Source: an uncultured Bifidobacteriales bacterium (GTDB taxonomy: Bacteria; Fibrobacterota; Fibrobacteria; UBA11236). From it: a stretch of DNA of 48,112 bases. Location: NCBI GenBank assembly GCA_964401245.1, contig CAYNXV010000004.1, positions 1-48,112 on the forward strand, read 5' to 3'. The position numbers and the translations under genes are program-made. Below, in pieces: positions 16,926-27,267 of this stretch. The notes under the pieces were generated by a model. That model was not told the DNA's origin. It did not search any database and saw only the letters and a list, made by a program, of their open reading frames with translations. Each line of letters opens with the position of its first letter. The first letter of the stretch is position 1.

Positions 16926-18383
16926 ATGTCGGAAAAAAAGAAACTCACCACGGCTGCCGGTTGCCCGGTCGCTCATAACCAAAATTCCATGACCGCAGGA
17001 CCGCGCGGCCCCGTGCTGATGCAGGATGTTTGGCTGTTGGAAAAGCTCGCGCACTTCGACCGCGAGGTGATTCCCGAAAGAAGAATGCACGCTAAAGGCA
17101 GCGGCGCCTACGGAACCTTCACCGTTACCCATGACATCACCCAATACACCCGCGCCAAAATATTCTCCCAGATAGGGAAAAAGACCGAGTTGTTCGCCCG
17201 TTTCACCACCGTGGCCGGTGAGCGCGGCGCTGCGGACGCGGAGCGGGATATACGCGGCTTTGCCGTCAAATTTTACACCGAAGAAGGCAATTGGGATATG
17301 GTCGGCAACAACACGCCGGTATTCTTCCTGCGCGATCCACTCAAATTTCCGGACCTCAACCATGCGGTAAAACGCGATCCGCGCACCAATATGCGTAGCG
17401 CCCAGAATAACTGGGATTTTTGGACATCGTTGCCCGAGGCCCTGCACCAAATCACCATTGTCATGTCGGATAGAGGCATTCCTGCCAGCTACCGGACCAT
17501 GCACGGCTTCGGATCGCATACCTTCAGCTTCATCAATGCGAAGAACGAGCGCTTCTGGGTCAAGTTCCATTTCAAATGCAAACAAGGTATTGAAAACCTC
17601 ACCGACCAAGAGGCCGAAACCCTGGTCGGAAAGGATCGCGAATCGCATCAAAAGGATTTGTACGAGGCCATTGAAGGCGGCAACTTTCCCAAATGGACGC
17701 TGAAGGTTCAGATAATGCCCGAAAAGGACGCCTCCAAGGTACCCTACAACCCCTTCGACCTTACCAAGGTCTGGCCGCACAAGGATTATCCCCTAATCGA
17801 AGTCGGCGAAATGGAACTCAACCGCAACCCGGAGAATTTCTTCGCCGAAGTCGAGCAATCCGCCTTCAACCCGGCCAGCGTGGTGCCCGGCATCGGCTTC
17901 TCGCCCGATAAAATGCTGCAGGCGCGTCTGTTTTCCTACGGTGATGCGCAGCGCTATCGGCTCGGCGTGAATCACAACCAGATACCGGTAAACGCCCCGC
18001 GCTGCCCCGTGCATCACTACCACCGCGACGGCGCCATGCGCGTGGACGGAAATTTCGGAAGTACCAAGGGTTACGAACCGAACAGCCTGGGGGAGTGGCG
18101 CGAGCAGCCCGACTTCCGCGAGCCTCCGTTATCCCTGGAAGGCGCGGCAGACCATTGGAACCATCGCGAAGACGAGGATTATTACTCGCAGCCCGGTAAC
18201 CTGTTCCGCCTCATGTCTCCGGCTCAGCAAAAGGTCCTGTTCGAAAACACCGCCCGGTCGGTAGGAGGCGCTTCCCGCGAAGTCCAGCTCCGGCATATCC
18301 AAAACTGCCTGAAAGCCGATCCAGCCTATGGCAAGGGCGTCGCGGAGGCGTTGGGCATTAAAGTCGAAGAAATTCCGAAATAG
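16926..18383 (+). CDS. katA: Monofunctional heme catalase (small-subunit type)
   Basis: 485 aa: [58 protein letters not shown]...[16 protein letters not shown]. These are catalase signature regions, including the catalytic His and the proximal Tyr region. The symbol is katA-type rather than the large-subunit katE. Confidence 0.95.
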   Translation: MSEKKKLTTAAGCPVAHNQNSMTAGPRGPVLMQDVWLLEKLAHFDREVIPERRMHAKGSGAYGTFTVTHDITQYTRAKIFSQIGKKTELFARFTTVAGERGAADAERDIRGFAVKFYTEEGNWDMVGNNTPVFFLRDPLKFPDLNHAVKRDPRTNMRSAQNNWDFWTSLPEALHQITIVMSDRGIPASYRTMHGFGSHTFSFINAKNERFWVKFHFKCKQGIENLTDQEAETLVGKDRESHQKDLYEAIEGGNFPKWTLKVQIMPEKDASKVPYNPFDLTKVWPHKDYPLIEVGEMELNRNPENFFAEVEQSAFNPASVVPGIGFSPDKMLQARLFSYGDAQRYRLGVNHNQIPVNAPRCPVHHYHRDGAMRVDGNFGSTKGYEPNSLGEWREQPDFREPPLSLEGAADHWNHREDEDYYSQPGNLFRLMSPAQQKVLFENTARSVGGASREVQLRHIQNCLKADPAYGKGVAEALGIKVEEIPK

Positions 18384-18458
18384 AATTGGCCGGCAATCCT
18401 GAGCATACCTGAATTTCGGCTTTTCGGTACTCAACATCTGCTGGTACTCCTGGTCATA

Positions 18459-19100
18459 ATGATAATGGCCGTGGTACTGCCGATGTTGACCCGATATTCC
18501 GGCTTTGCCCGCGCAGGAAAAATCGTAGGCGGAATGCTTGGTATTACCCTTATCCTGCTCAAAATCGGTGAATTGGCTTACGGAATTTCGCAGGGATATT
18601 CCTGGCGCCACATGTTGCCCTTGCATCTATGCGACGTCGCCGCCCTGACCACGGCTACGATGCTTCTCAGCCGCAACTTCCTCCTGTACGGCATTTCCTA
18701 TTTCTGGGCCCTGGCGGGAACCCTACAGGCACTCGTAACGCCCGCCTTGGCGGTGGGTTTTCCGGATCCTGACTTTTTGTTCTTCTTCGCCTCGCATGGA
18801 TTGGTCATCGTAGGAGTGGTATTCGCCACCGTTGTTTTCGGCCTGCGCCCCAGGCCTCGTTCCATACTCCATGCCTTTACCGCTACCGCCATGCTGGTCG
18901 CAGTGGCTGCGCCGGTCAACTGGTGGCTCGATGCCAATTTCCTGTTTCTCCGCGAAAAACCTCCGGTGGCATCCCTGATGGATTATATGGGCCCTTGGCC
19001 GTGGTATATCCTGACCCTGGTGCCGGTTACCCTATTGTTCTTTTGCTTTTTTTATAGCCCGTATTGGATAGCGGACAGGCTGCGATCAAGAAAATCCTGA
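18459..19100 (+). CDS. Integral membrane protein (TIGR02206/YwaF-like family, tentative)
   Basis: About 6 predicted TM segments, with LPLHLCDVAALTTA and FWALAGTLQALVTP motifs. The open frame extends upstream to 18384 without an ATG/GTG/TTG, so the true start is uncertain. Confidence 0.6.
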   Translation: MIMAVVLPMLTRYSGFARAGKIVGGMLGITLILLKIGELAYGISQGYSWRHMLPLHLCDVAALTTATMLLSRNFLLYGISYFWALAGTLQALVTPALAVGFPDPDFLFFFASHGLVIVGVVFATVVFGLRPRPRSILHAFTATAMLVAVAAPVNWWLDANFLFLREKPPVASLMDYMGPWPWYILTLVPVTLLFFCFFYSPYWIADRLRSRKS

Positions 19101-19111
19101 TTAACTAAAAT

Positions 19112-20239
19112 CTATTTCGGACAGCCGCCGTCGAGGCACCACTCATTGCACTTGCCTTTGTGCGTGCTCTCGTTGTGACTTCCATCGTCTCCGCCGTCCT
19201 TGTTCTGGATGTTGTTGTTCGAACCGACCGCGAGGCAGAATTCATGCGCGTTGTTTGGGAAGATCCACATGGGGCCGCGAGCGGCGAGAGTATTAGTCAG
19301 CGAATTGCCGTATTTCCGTTGGTTATCATTTACGTTGAAATCCGCTTGGGTAACCGCATGGTACGCTTCGCTTTTCCCCTTATCGCACTCGCAATTTCTT
19401 CCGTCGGCCCAACCCTCGCCGCAATACAAGTACACCCCGTTCTGATTGCGTAGCTTCCGGGTGTCGACGATTTGCCACTTATCGTTGCTTCCGTCCGCCC
19501 GCGGCGTGCCGCTTCCGCACCCGACGCTGACCCATTTACCGCCCGTAAGCACGCGGAGGTTGCCGGAGCCGGTGGTGGGCGGCGGCTGGACGGGAACGCT
19601 CGTCAGGGTGACATTCATGGTTCCGGTCAAGCTGGATAGGGGAACCGATTTCGTGTAATATCCATTGGCGCTGACGGCGAGAGTGTCAAGAGTCGCGGCC
19701 GACTTCGCCAATGGCCGTAAAATGTCGCGGGAGCTCTCGGCCGGCGCCATGATACCGCCGGGATTACCGGCGGAATGTAAAACCCTACGGCTGTATTTTT
19801 TCGTCCCGATGCTGATAACCAAAGTGTAAAGGCCGGTTTCCTCAAGCGGAGAGAGCGCCAGGGTATGGTTTCCCGGCGACATCACCGTCGGCTTGAGGCC
19901 GGAATTCGATTCGCCCTTCAGATTGAAAAATTCCGCTGAAACGATTTCCTCCGAAGGCAGGGAAAAACTCATCTCCCTTCCCGAAATCTTAGGCTCGGCA
20001 TTGGGAAACGACGTCTCGCGTCCCAGGCTCACGGGCACTGATAGCCAATATTTTCCGTTCGCATCCGTGGTGGCGGTTTTACCCGCGGCAACCAGTTTCA
20101 CCTGGGCTCCGGCGACCGGATTTCCCGATTCGTTGGAAACCGTTCCCGTCAAATCGATGCCCTGCGCAGTTACGAATGTCACTCCGGCGACAACCAAAAG
20201 CGCGGAAATCCTGGTAATTCCACCCGTCGATTTTTTCAT
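19112..20239 (-). CDS. Secreted modular protein: CarboxypepD_reg-like N-terminal scaffold plus an unrecognised Cys-rich C-terminal domain
   Basis: ATG at 20239 preceded by GGAGG. Signal peptide MKKSTGGITRISALLVVAGVTFVTAQG, then LTGTVSNESGNPVAGAQVKLV...TDANGKYWL. The last roughly 150 aa contain 8 Cys and no motif I recognise. Confidence 0.7.
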   Translation of the reverse strand: MKKSTGGITRISALLVVAGVTFVTAQGIDLTGTVSNESGNPVAGAQVKLVAAGKTATTDANGKYWLSVPVSLGRETSFPNAEPKISGREMSFSLPSEEIVSAEFFNLKGESNSGLKPTVMSPGNHTLALSPLEETGLYTLVISIGTKKYSRRVLHSAGNPGGIMAPAESSRDILRPLAKSAATLDTLAVSANGYYTKSVPLSSLTGTMNVTLTSVPVQPPPTTGSGNLRVLTGGKWVSVGCGSGTPRADGSNDKWQIVDTRKLRNQNGVYLYCGEGWADGRNCECDKGKSEAYHAVTQADFNVNDNQRKYGNSLTNTLAARGPMWIFPNNAHEFCLAVGSNNNIQNKDGGDDGSHNESTHKGKCNEWCLDGGCPK

Positions 20240-20389
20240 GGATCCTCCGTCAATAGCGTTGAAATGTATTGTAGGCGAAAAATGGAATTTTCGCCCGCCG
20301 GAATCCAAAAGATCGGAGGATTATTCAGGCATTTCGATAAATCGGACCGCACGGGCTTCTCGAAAAACCCAAAATGGCATGATAACCCG

Positions 20390-21361
20390 TTAATTCAGGG
20401 ATTTGTTTCTCGGGTGGAAGCTCTGATGCACTTCACGGAGATAATCCTGATCCAGATGCGTGTAAATCTGGGTCGTACTGATATCCGCATGCCCCAGCAT
20501 CTCCTGCACCGAACGCAAATCGGCGCCCGCTTCGATAAGATGCGTGGCGAAACTGTGCCGGAACGTATGCGGTGAAACCGCCAAGGTGATTCCCGCCTCC
20601 AGACACAGACGCTGCACGATTTTCCAGGCGCCCATGCGGCTCAGGGGCATGCCGCGTCCGTTGCGGACGAGAATGTCGGATTTGTTGTCCTTGGTCCGGC
20701 GCTCCTTCTCCATATATTCCTTGATGGAACGCGCCACGGGATTGCCCAGGGGTACCAGCCGCTGCTTCTTGCCTTTACCCTCCACCAATACCACGCTTTC
20801 GTCCAGACGCAATTGATCCAGACGCAGATGGGTGGCTTCCGAAATGCGCAAGCCCACTCCGTAAAGCAAATCGATCAGGCAGAAGTCTCGCAGGGCCCCC
20901 TTGCGGCCCGCGAAGATGTTTTCCTCCATGTGATTGTAAAGGGTTTCGATTTCGTGGCGCGTGAGGCTGGTGGGCTTGTAGCGTTGCCGGCGTGGGGCCT
21001 GGATGCCCATGACCGGATCCTGCGCCAGCAGGCCTTCGTCCTGGAGGTAAAGGAAATAGCCGCGCAACGAGGACAGATGGCGGGCTATGCTCGAAGCTTC
21101 CCTTCCTTTCACTTCGTAGAGGTAATCGACGAAAGCCCTCACCTGCGCCGCCTCCATGGACGCGATTTCCATAGGGAGGGTCGACTCGGACAAATAGGCG
21201 AAGAAGTTGCGCAAATCGGAGAAATACGCCTGGATGGAGTCCTCGTCCAGGCGCTTTTCCAGGCTCAAATGCACCCGGTAATTTTCGCCTTCGGGTATCA
21301 CCGGGGTGGCGGCGTCCGAAGGCGATGGGGGAGACGGCGGCAACGGCGGCGACAAAGGCAT
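20390..21361 (-). CDS. xerD: Tyrosine recombinase, XerD/XerC-like
   Basis: LLYGVGLRISE...GKGKKQRLVPLG...HTFRHSFATHLIEAGADLRSVQEMLGHADISTTQIYTHL...LREVHQSFHPR carries the R..HxxR..Y catalytic signature. The C-terminal end resembles XerD more than XerC, but the two cannot be separated by eye. There is an unusual Pro-rich N-terminal extension of about 20 aa. Confidence 0.8.
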   Translation of the reverse strand: MPLSPPLPPSPPSPSDAATPVIPEGENYRVHLSLEKRLDEDSIQAYFSDLRNFFAYLSESTLPMEIASMEAAQVRAFVDYLYEVKGREASSIARHLSSLRGYFLYLQDEGLLAQDPVMGIQAPRRQRYKPTSLTRHEIETLYNHMEENIFAGRKGALRDFCLIDLLYGVGLRISEATHLRLDQLRLDESVVLVEGKGKKQRLVPLGNPVARSIKEYMEKERRTKDNKSDILVRNGRGMPLSRMGAWKIVQRLCLEAGITLAVSPHTFRHSFATHLIEAGADLRSVQEMLGHADISTTQIYTHLDQDYLREVHQSFHPRNKSLN

Positions 21362-21471
21362 GTCCTTTCCCGGCGGGTCGGCCGGCGTTTACTTGCCGGA
21401 GAAATATAGCCCGGTCAGGCCCGGAAAAATAAAATTGAAATTCCCGGGAGGTGGGTTATATTTAGGCCTCC

Positions 21472-21547
<76 letters not shown>

Positions 21548-21618
21548 TTTTTCACCCTTCCTGGCCTAATTCGCGAGAAAAGCCGGGATGGAGCCCGAAA
21601 AATGGCGGCCGCATCCTT

Positions 21619-24600
21619 TCATGCCACTCTAGTAGCCTTCCCCTTGGGAGCCTGCAACAGGTCATGCAGCTTCTGGAGCAGTTGGGCGGGGCTGAAAGGC
21701 TTTTGCAGGAAATCATAGGCGGAGCCGATAACGCCTTCCAATATTGCCTCGTCCGTATACCCCGACATGAACAGTACTTTGACTTCCGGTTGCCTGTCCC
21801 TCACCTTTTTGGCCAGCTCGGGACCCGTTATCCCCGGCATCACCACATCCGATACCAGCGCGTCGATGGGCTCCTTCCGCTTTTTCAAGATGCTCAGGGC
21901 TTCGCTGCCGTTGCGGGCCTCGATGATTTGATATCCCTGTTTTTCCAAAGTCCTTTTGGTGAATTGGCGCACCGAATCCTCGTCTTCAGCCAACAGGATG
22001 ACTTCGCCCTTGGCCAACAAAACTTCGGGGGCTTCCGGATCGGACTTCGTCGGTTCCGGGTCTTCTTCCTCGACCCGGGGGAAATAAAGCGTGAAGGTGG
22101 TGCCTTCGCCTACGCGGCTGTGAACCGTGATGGCTCCGCCGCTTTGGTTGATGATGCCGTAGACGCTGGAAAGCCCAAGCCCCGTGCCCTTTCCCACGTC
22201 TTTGGTCGTGAAGAACGGCTCGAAAATCCTGGCGCTTACGTCCGGAGGCATGCCCATGCCATTGTCGGATACCTCCATGATTACGTAATCACCCGGTTCC
22301 AATTCGCTGCCGTCGACCGACTTCCTGGCATCGAACCGCACGGAGCTGGTCCTGAACGAAAGCGCGCCACCCATGGGCATGGCGTCGCGCGCATTGAGAG
22401 CGAGGTTGAGAAGCACCTGTTCCAATTGATTGGGATCGATGCGTACCAAGCCCAGATTCCGGTCGAGATCCTGCTTTATGCGGATATTCTCGGGAATGAG
22501 CCGGCGCAGCATGCTGTGGATATTGGATATGACCTGGTTCAGGTTCAGGGTTTTGGGCAATACGATTTGCTTGCGGCTATAGGCCAGTAATTGCCTGGTC
22601 AGCGCGGCGGCCCGCTCCCCGGCGCGGCGGATTTCACGGATGTTGTCGTACAAGGGATTTTTTCTGTCCAGCATGGCCAAGGCGAGTTCGCTATACCCGT
22701 TGATGGCGGTGAGCAGGTTGTTGAAATCGTGCGCGATGCCGCCGGCCAATTGACCGATGGCTTCCATTTTCTGGGATTGGCGCAACTTGCCTTCGCTTTC
22801 ACGCAAGGCTTCTTCCGCCCGCTTGCGAGCGGTGATATCGAGAAATTCTAGCACCGCCCCGGTGGTTTTTCCATCCTGTACCAGAGGTTCCAGGCTGCAC
22901 AAAACCTCCAGGAAGCCCCCGTCCTTTTTGATGAAGGTGTCTTCATGGTCTTTAAGGCGCACACCCGTGGTCAAAGCCTTCATAATCGGACAGTCCGATG
23001 CCGGATAGGGACTCCCGTCCGGTTTTTGAAAATGGACCATCTGATGCAAAGTGGAATTCAATCCTTCTTCGGGAGCATAGCCCAGCAAATTGATGGCGGC
23101 CGGATTCATGAAGGTGGGGCATCCTTTTTCATCCACCAGCAACAGGCCCACGCTGGCGTTGTCCGTTATGGTTTTGGTGAGATTGCTTTGCCTGCGGAGG
23201 GCCTCCTGCGTTTCCATTTCCTGGGTGACGTCCCTCACGGTCACGATGGCGAGAATCGTCTCGCCGGACTTGTCCAGCACGGGATTGCCGGAGAAGCTGG
23301 CGATCCACTTCCGTTCCGTTTCCCTGAGACGCACCGAAGCCTCGTAATCCGAAAAAGACTCTCCCTTTTCCGCTCGCGCCAGCGGCCAGGAGGAGAGGGG
23401 AAGCGGATTTCCCCGGATGTCGGAGATCTCCAGGTATTCGGCGAAGTCGTCCAAGCGGCGGAAATTGCGTATGGATTTGGTGATGCCGAACATGTTGAGG
23501 GCGGAGGGATTCATGAAAAGCAGTTCACCATTGGGACTGGCGATTATCAGTCCTTCGGACATGCTCCGCACCACCGCCTCGAGCTGGGCCAGGTTGTCCT
23601 CGCTTTCCTGCCGGGCCAGGACCAGTTCCTCTTCCACCGACTTCCGTTGGGTGATGTCCACGCAGGCGCCGGTCATATAGGCGGGTGAACCGTCGCGATC
23701 GAAAAAGGATTTTCCCTTCTCGTACAGCCACTTGATGCGCCCATGGGGCAGAACCACGCGGAATTCGATATCGATGTCGCCGCCCATCTGGGCGCAATTT
23801 TCCATGGCCCGTGACAAAGCGGGCCGATCTGATTTATGGACGCGTTCCATGAAGTCGTGCAAGGGGCGGATAGGTTTGCCTTCCCTCATCCCGAAAAGCC
23901 TTTCCAGATTGCCGTCCCCTTCGATATAGTCCGAGTGGAAATTCCATCGGAACGTCCCGGTGTCGGATGCCGAAAGCGCCACCTGCAAACGCTCGCCGCG
24001 CTCCCTGAGCATGGTTTCGGTATTGCGCCTGTCGGTTATGTCCCTTATTTCGAGCACGATGCCGACGGTTGTCGAACCCTCGAGAATGGGGCTGGAGGTG
24101 AAGGCCACGGGAAATAAACTTCCGTTGCTCCTCACCAGAAAGTCCTCCCCGCTCATCCTTTTCTTCAAGTCCAGGCCCGTGGAAATCCGCTTGTCCAAGG
24201 GTGTATAGGGAACGCCGCCCGATCCGTCTTCATGGAGCAACTCATAAAAGGAGCGGCCCTGCATCTCATCGAAGGAATACCCCATCATTTTTTCGGCGGA
24301 GGGATTCATGAAAATGCAACGGTTCCGCGCGTCCAGCATGAACAAGGCCAGTGTGGCGTTTTCGGTGATGGTTTTGATGAGCCGGTTCCGACGCCGGGCC
24401 TCCTCCTCCGCGCTGTACCGTTCCGAGATATCGCGCATGATAAGCGTGTGCAGAGTTTCCCCCTGCACTTCGACCCGCGACAAAGTGGCCTCGATGGGAA
24501 ACATTTCCCCGTTCGAGCGCCTCCCCCTGAATTCCGCCGGCATTTCGGGCCCGGCATATCCCTCTGAACCGGAATCCACCGAAAAGGTGGCGTTTTTCCA

Positions 24601-25053
24601 GGGATAGATTTCGGAAGGAATGAAATTCCGCAGCGGCTTTCCCAAGGCGTCTCCGACGGTGCAGTCGAATATCCTCTCCGCCGCCTGGTTGAACAGCAGA
24701 ATGATTCCGGAGGAATCGGTGGTTACCACCGCGTCCATGGCCGAGTTGACTATGCCCCGCAGTCTTTGCTGACTGAGGCGCAGACGGCGTTGGTAGCGGA
24801 TCAATTTGCGCGTAACCCATACGGCAACCCACGAAATGGACGTAAGCGCCATGAGAAAAGGCGCTACGGAAAGCCCCAGGCCTTGCGGTTCTTTTCCGGA
24901 AGAAGCGCCTCCGGAGTCCAGTTCGCCGGGGAGCATGGCATAGAAGATTCCGATGGCGAGCAGGGAAAAAACCAATAACCCGCCGGCAGCGGCCCACCGG
25001 CTTTTTCCTTGGCGCGCAACCTTGTTGAAAAGACGGAGGGTACCGAAAGTCAT
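21619..25053 (-). CDS. Membrane-anchored multi-PAS hybrid sensor histidine kinase with C-terminal receiver
   Basis: N-terminal TM segments and about five PAS/PAC-like repeats. H-box MEAIGQLAGGIAHDFNNLLTAI, N-box LNLALNARDAMP, G-boxes DNGMGM and GKGTGLGLS. Receiver ILLAEDEDSVR...DVVMPGITG...KPF. Confidence 0.9.
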   Translation of the reverse strand: MTFGTLRLFNKVARQGKSRWAAAGGLLVFSLLAIGIFYAMLPGELDSGGASSGKEPQGLGLSVAPFLMALTSISWVAVWVTRKLIRYQRRLRLSQQRLRGIVNSAMDAVVTTDSSGIILLFNQAAERIFDCTVGDALGKPLRNFIPSEIYPWKNATFSVDSGSEGYAGPEMPAEFRGRRSNGEMFPIEATLSRVEVQGETLHTLIMRDISERYSAEEEARRRNRLIKTITENATLALFMLDARNRCIFMNPSAEKMMGYSFDEMQGRSFYELLHEDGSGGVPYTPLDKRISTGLDLKKRMSGEDFLVRSNGSLFPVAFTSSPILEGSTTVGIVLEIRDITDRRNTETMLRERGERLQVALSASDTGTFRWNFHSDYIEGDGNLERLFGMREGKPIRPLHDFMERVHKSDRPALSRAMENCAQMGGDIDIEFRVVLPHGRIKWLYEKGKSFFDRDGSPAYMTGACVDITQRKSVEEELVLARQESEDNLAQLEAVVRSMSEGLIIASPNGELLFMNPSALNMFGITKSIRNFRRLDDFAEYLEISDIRGNPLPLSSWPLARAEKGESFSDYEASVRLRETERKWIASFSGNPVLDKSGETILAIVTVRDVTQEMETQEALRRQSNLTKTITDNASVGLLLVDEKGCPTFMNPAAINLLGYAPEEGLNSTLHQMVHFQKPDGSPYPASDCPIMKALTTGVRLKDHEDTFIKKDGGFLEVLCSLEPLVQDGKTTGAVLEFLDITARKRAEEALRESEGKLRQSQKMEAIGQLAGGIAHDFNNLLTAINGYSELALAMLDRKNPLYDNIREIRRAGERAAALTRQLLAYSRKQIVLPKTLNLNQVISNIHSMLRRLIPENIRIKQDLDRNLGLVRIDPNQLEQVLLNLALNARDAMPMGGALSFRTSSVRFDARKSVDGSELEPGDYVIMEVSDNGMGMPPDVSARIFEPFFTTKDVGKGTGLGLSSVYGIINQSGGAITVHSRVGEGTTFTLYFPRVEEEDPEPTKSDPEAPEVLLAKGEVILLAEDEDSVRQFTKRTLEKQGYQIIEARNGSEALSILKKRKEPIDALVSDVVMPGITGPELAKKVRDRQPEVKVLFMSGYTDEAILEGVIGSAYDFLQKPFSPAQLLQKLHDLLQAPKGKATRVA

Positions 25054-25111
25054 CGTAGTCTGGGCCTTCCAGGTGAAATCATTGGATTACAATCTCCGGT
25101 TCGGGATGGAA

Positions 25112-25972
25112 TCAGGTATTGACGACTTCGCCTCCGTTGGGATGCAGGAACTGGCCACTCATGAAGGAAGAGTCCGACGAGGCCAGAAAAACGTAAGCCG
25201 GAGCGATTTCCTCCGGTTGACCGGGTCGACCCATGGGAACCTGCTTACCGAACTTCTCCACCTTCTCAGGTGGAAAAGTAGCCGGTATCAAAGGAGTCCA
25301 TACCGGACCGGGAGCCACGCCGTTGACCCGAATGTCCTTTTCGGCCAGCGACAGGGCCAGCGAACGGGTAAAGGCCACGATGGCTCCTTTGGTGGAAGCA
25401 TAGTCCATCAAGTGGGGGCTTCCGCGGTAGGCCGTGACCGAACTGGAATTGATGATGGTGGATCCCGGCGATAAATGCGGCAAGGCCGCTTTGGCCATGA
25501 AAAAATAGGCGAAGATATTGGTACGGAAGGTCCGTTCCAATTGTTCGGCCGTGATATCCAGCAACGATTCCCGTTCATGCTGTTCCGCGGCATTGTTCAC
25601 CAGAATGTCAAGATGACCGAAGGCGCGCAAGGTTTCTTGCACGGCCTGCGCGCAAAAATCCTCCCGCCCCGCGTCACCCGCAATCAATATGCATTTGCGG
25701 CCTTCGTCTTCGACCAGTTTGCGGGTCTCTTCGGCGTCTTCGTGTTCGTCGAAATAGACGATGGCGATGTCCGCTCCTTCCATGGCGTAGGCGATGGCTA
25801 CGGCGCGGCCGATTCCGCTGTCGCCTCCGGTTATCAGCGCCGCTTTGCCTTTCAACTTGCCCGCGGCCGCATAATCATGGGAGCGGCTTGCGGGCCGGGG
25901 ATTCATTTTATGTTCGATTCCCGGTTGTCTTTCCTGTTGCTGGGGAGGAAGGGTAGCTTGTTTGGAAGCCAT
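25112..25972 (-). CDS. SDR-family oxidoreductase, YghA/YdaD (general stress protein 39)-like
   Basis: QPGIEHKMNPRP...LKGKAALITGGDSGIGRAVAIAYAMEGADIAIVY...NNAA...Y..TK closely follows the YghA/YdaD pattern. The ATG at 25972 with a GGAG upstream is preferred over the ORF-track start at 26074. Confidence 0.9.
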   Translation of the reverse strand: MASKQATLPPQQQERQPGIEHKMNPRPASRSHDYAAAGKLKGKAALITGGDSGIGRAVAIAYAMEGADIAIVYFDEHEDAEETRKLVEDEGRKCILIAGDAGREDFCAQAVQETLRAFGHLDILVNNAAEQHERESLLDITAEQLERTFRTNIFAYFFMAKAALPHLSPGSTIINSSSVTAYRGSPHLMDYASTKGAIVAFTRSLALSLAEKDIRVNGVAPGPVWTPLIPATFPPEKVEKFGKQVPMGRPGQPEEIAPAYVFLASSDSSFMSGQFLHPNGGEVVNT

Positions 25973-26142
25973 GGTGGGACTCCGTGGGTTGGTTGGCGTT
26001 GGGTGGCCGGTTGTCCGGAAAGGCTCCATGTCGCAACGACCTTTACGGGCAAATATTGAAAAAAGAAATCCCAATGAAAAAAATGAAATTCATTGTCGAA
26101 AGCAAGCGAGAACCGTTATTTGTTGAAAAATGGAGGCATCGA

Positions 26143-27183
26143 ATGACGCAAGAACTTATGGATACCGTGAAGCAGTTGACAGCTCCCGGAAAGGGCATCC
26201 TGGCCGCGGATGAAAGCAATCCCACGGTGGGAAAAAGATTCGCGCCTCTGGAAATCCCCAATACCGGGGAATTCCGTATGGCCTATCGAAAGCTTCTATT
26301 CGAAACCGATGGTCTGGAAAACCGGATAAGCGGGGTCATCCTGTACGAAGAAACCCTGCGACAAAATGACGAACGGGGAATGGCTCTGCGCGAAATCCTT
26401 GCGAAAAAGGGGGTGGTGACGGGAATCAAAGTCGATAAGGGAACGGTTCCCCTGCCGGGCCGGAACGGGGAAAAGGTCACGGAAGGATTGGACGGATTGC
26501 GCCGAAGATTGGAAGAGTATCGCGCCCTGGGCGCCCGCTTCGCGAAGTGGCGGGCGGTTATCGATATCGGAAAGGAAAAGCCTTCGCGCTATGCCTTGCT
26601 GACAAACGCCCGGGTATTGGCCCGTTATGCCCGGCTGTGCCAGGAAGCGGGGTTGGTTCCCATCGTCGAACCCGAAGTGATGATGGACGGCAGCCACTCC
26701 CTGGAAACGTGCTTCGCAGCCACGCGGGATGCCCAGCATGCCTTATTCCAGGCTTTGTATGAAGCTGAAGCGGATTTGGAGGGCCTGCTGCTCAAACCGA
26801 ACATGGTGGTACCGGGACGCGATAGCCTGGAGAAACCCTCGCCGGAGCAAGTGGCCTCGGCAACCCTGAAATGTCTACGGACATCCGTGCCGACGGCCGT
26901 GCCGGGAATCTTCTTCCTTTCGGGAGGCCAATCCCCTGAAGACGCCGTCGCGCGTTTGCAAGCCATGGCGGCCAGGGGTCCGCATCCCTGGGAACTATCC
27001 TTTTCCTTTGCGCGCGCCTTGCAGGAGCCGGCTCTGGCCGCCTGGAAGGGACGTCCGGAATCGGTGGCCGACGCCCAGATGGTTTTCAGCCGACGCGTGG
27101 AACTTGCCGGAGCCGCCAGGTCGGGAACTTATTCCCCCGAAATGGAAACCTCAAGTAAGCCGGCGTCGACAACGGTTCATTGA
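26143..27183 (+). CDS. Fructose-bisphosphate aldolase, class I (glycolytic/eukaryotic type)
   Basis: GKGILAADESNPTVGKRF...GIKVDKG...GARFAKWRAV...LVPIVEPEVMMDG...LLKPNMV includes the Schiff-base Lys region. The ATG at 26143 is preceded by GGAGG. The ORF-track start at 25984 would overlap the divergent SDR gene. Confidence 0.9.
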   Translation: MTQELMDTVKQLTAPGKGILAADESNPTVGKRFAPLEIPNTGEFRMAYRKLLFETDGLENRISGVILYEETLRQNDERGMALREILAKKGVVTGIKVDKGTVPLPGRNGEKVTEGLDGLRRRLEEYRALGARFAKWRAVIDIGKEKPSRYALLTNARVLARYARLCQEAGLVPIVEPEVMMDGSHSLETCFAATRDAQHALFQALYEAEADLEGLLLKPNMVVPGRDSLEKPSPEQVASATLKCLRTSVPTAVPGIFFLSGGQSPEDAVARLQAMAARGPHPWELSFSFARALQEPALAAWKGRPESVADAQMVFSRRVELAGAARSGTYSPEMETSSKPASTTVH

Positions 27184-27267
27184 AATTGCATGAGGTCCTG
27201 ACGAGGTCTATTTTCAAAGAAAGGGATACGTCTCCCCCAAATAAATTGATTACCGGAAGGAGTTGTT

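Noticed and set aside
18381-18461. The catalase TAG stop is in the same frame as the downstream membrane-protein ORF, which lacks a canonical start for 25 codons. This could indicate a read-through fusion.
   Set aside because: Being in frame has a one-in-three chance. Fusing a soluble catalase to a polytopic membrane protein is biologically implausible. A non-canonical or mis-set start (or the ATG at 18459) explains it more simply.
19115-19564. An HExxH-like string (HEFCL), considered as a zinc-protease motif in the Cys-rich C-terminal domain.
   Set aside because: The second histidine is absent (H-E-F-C-L), so this is not a zincin motif.
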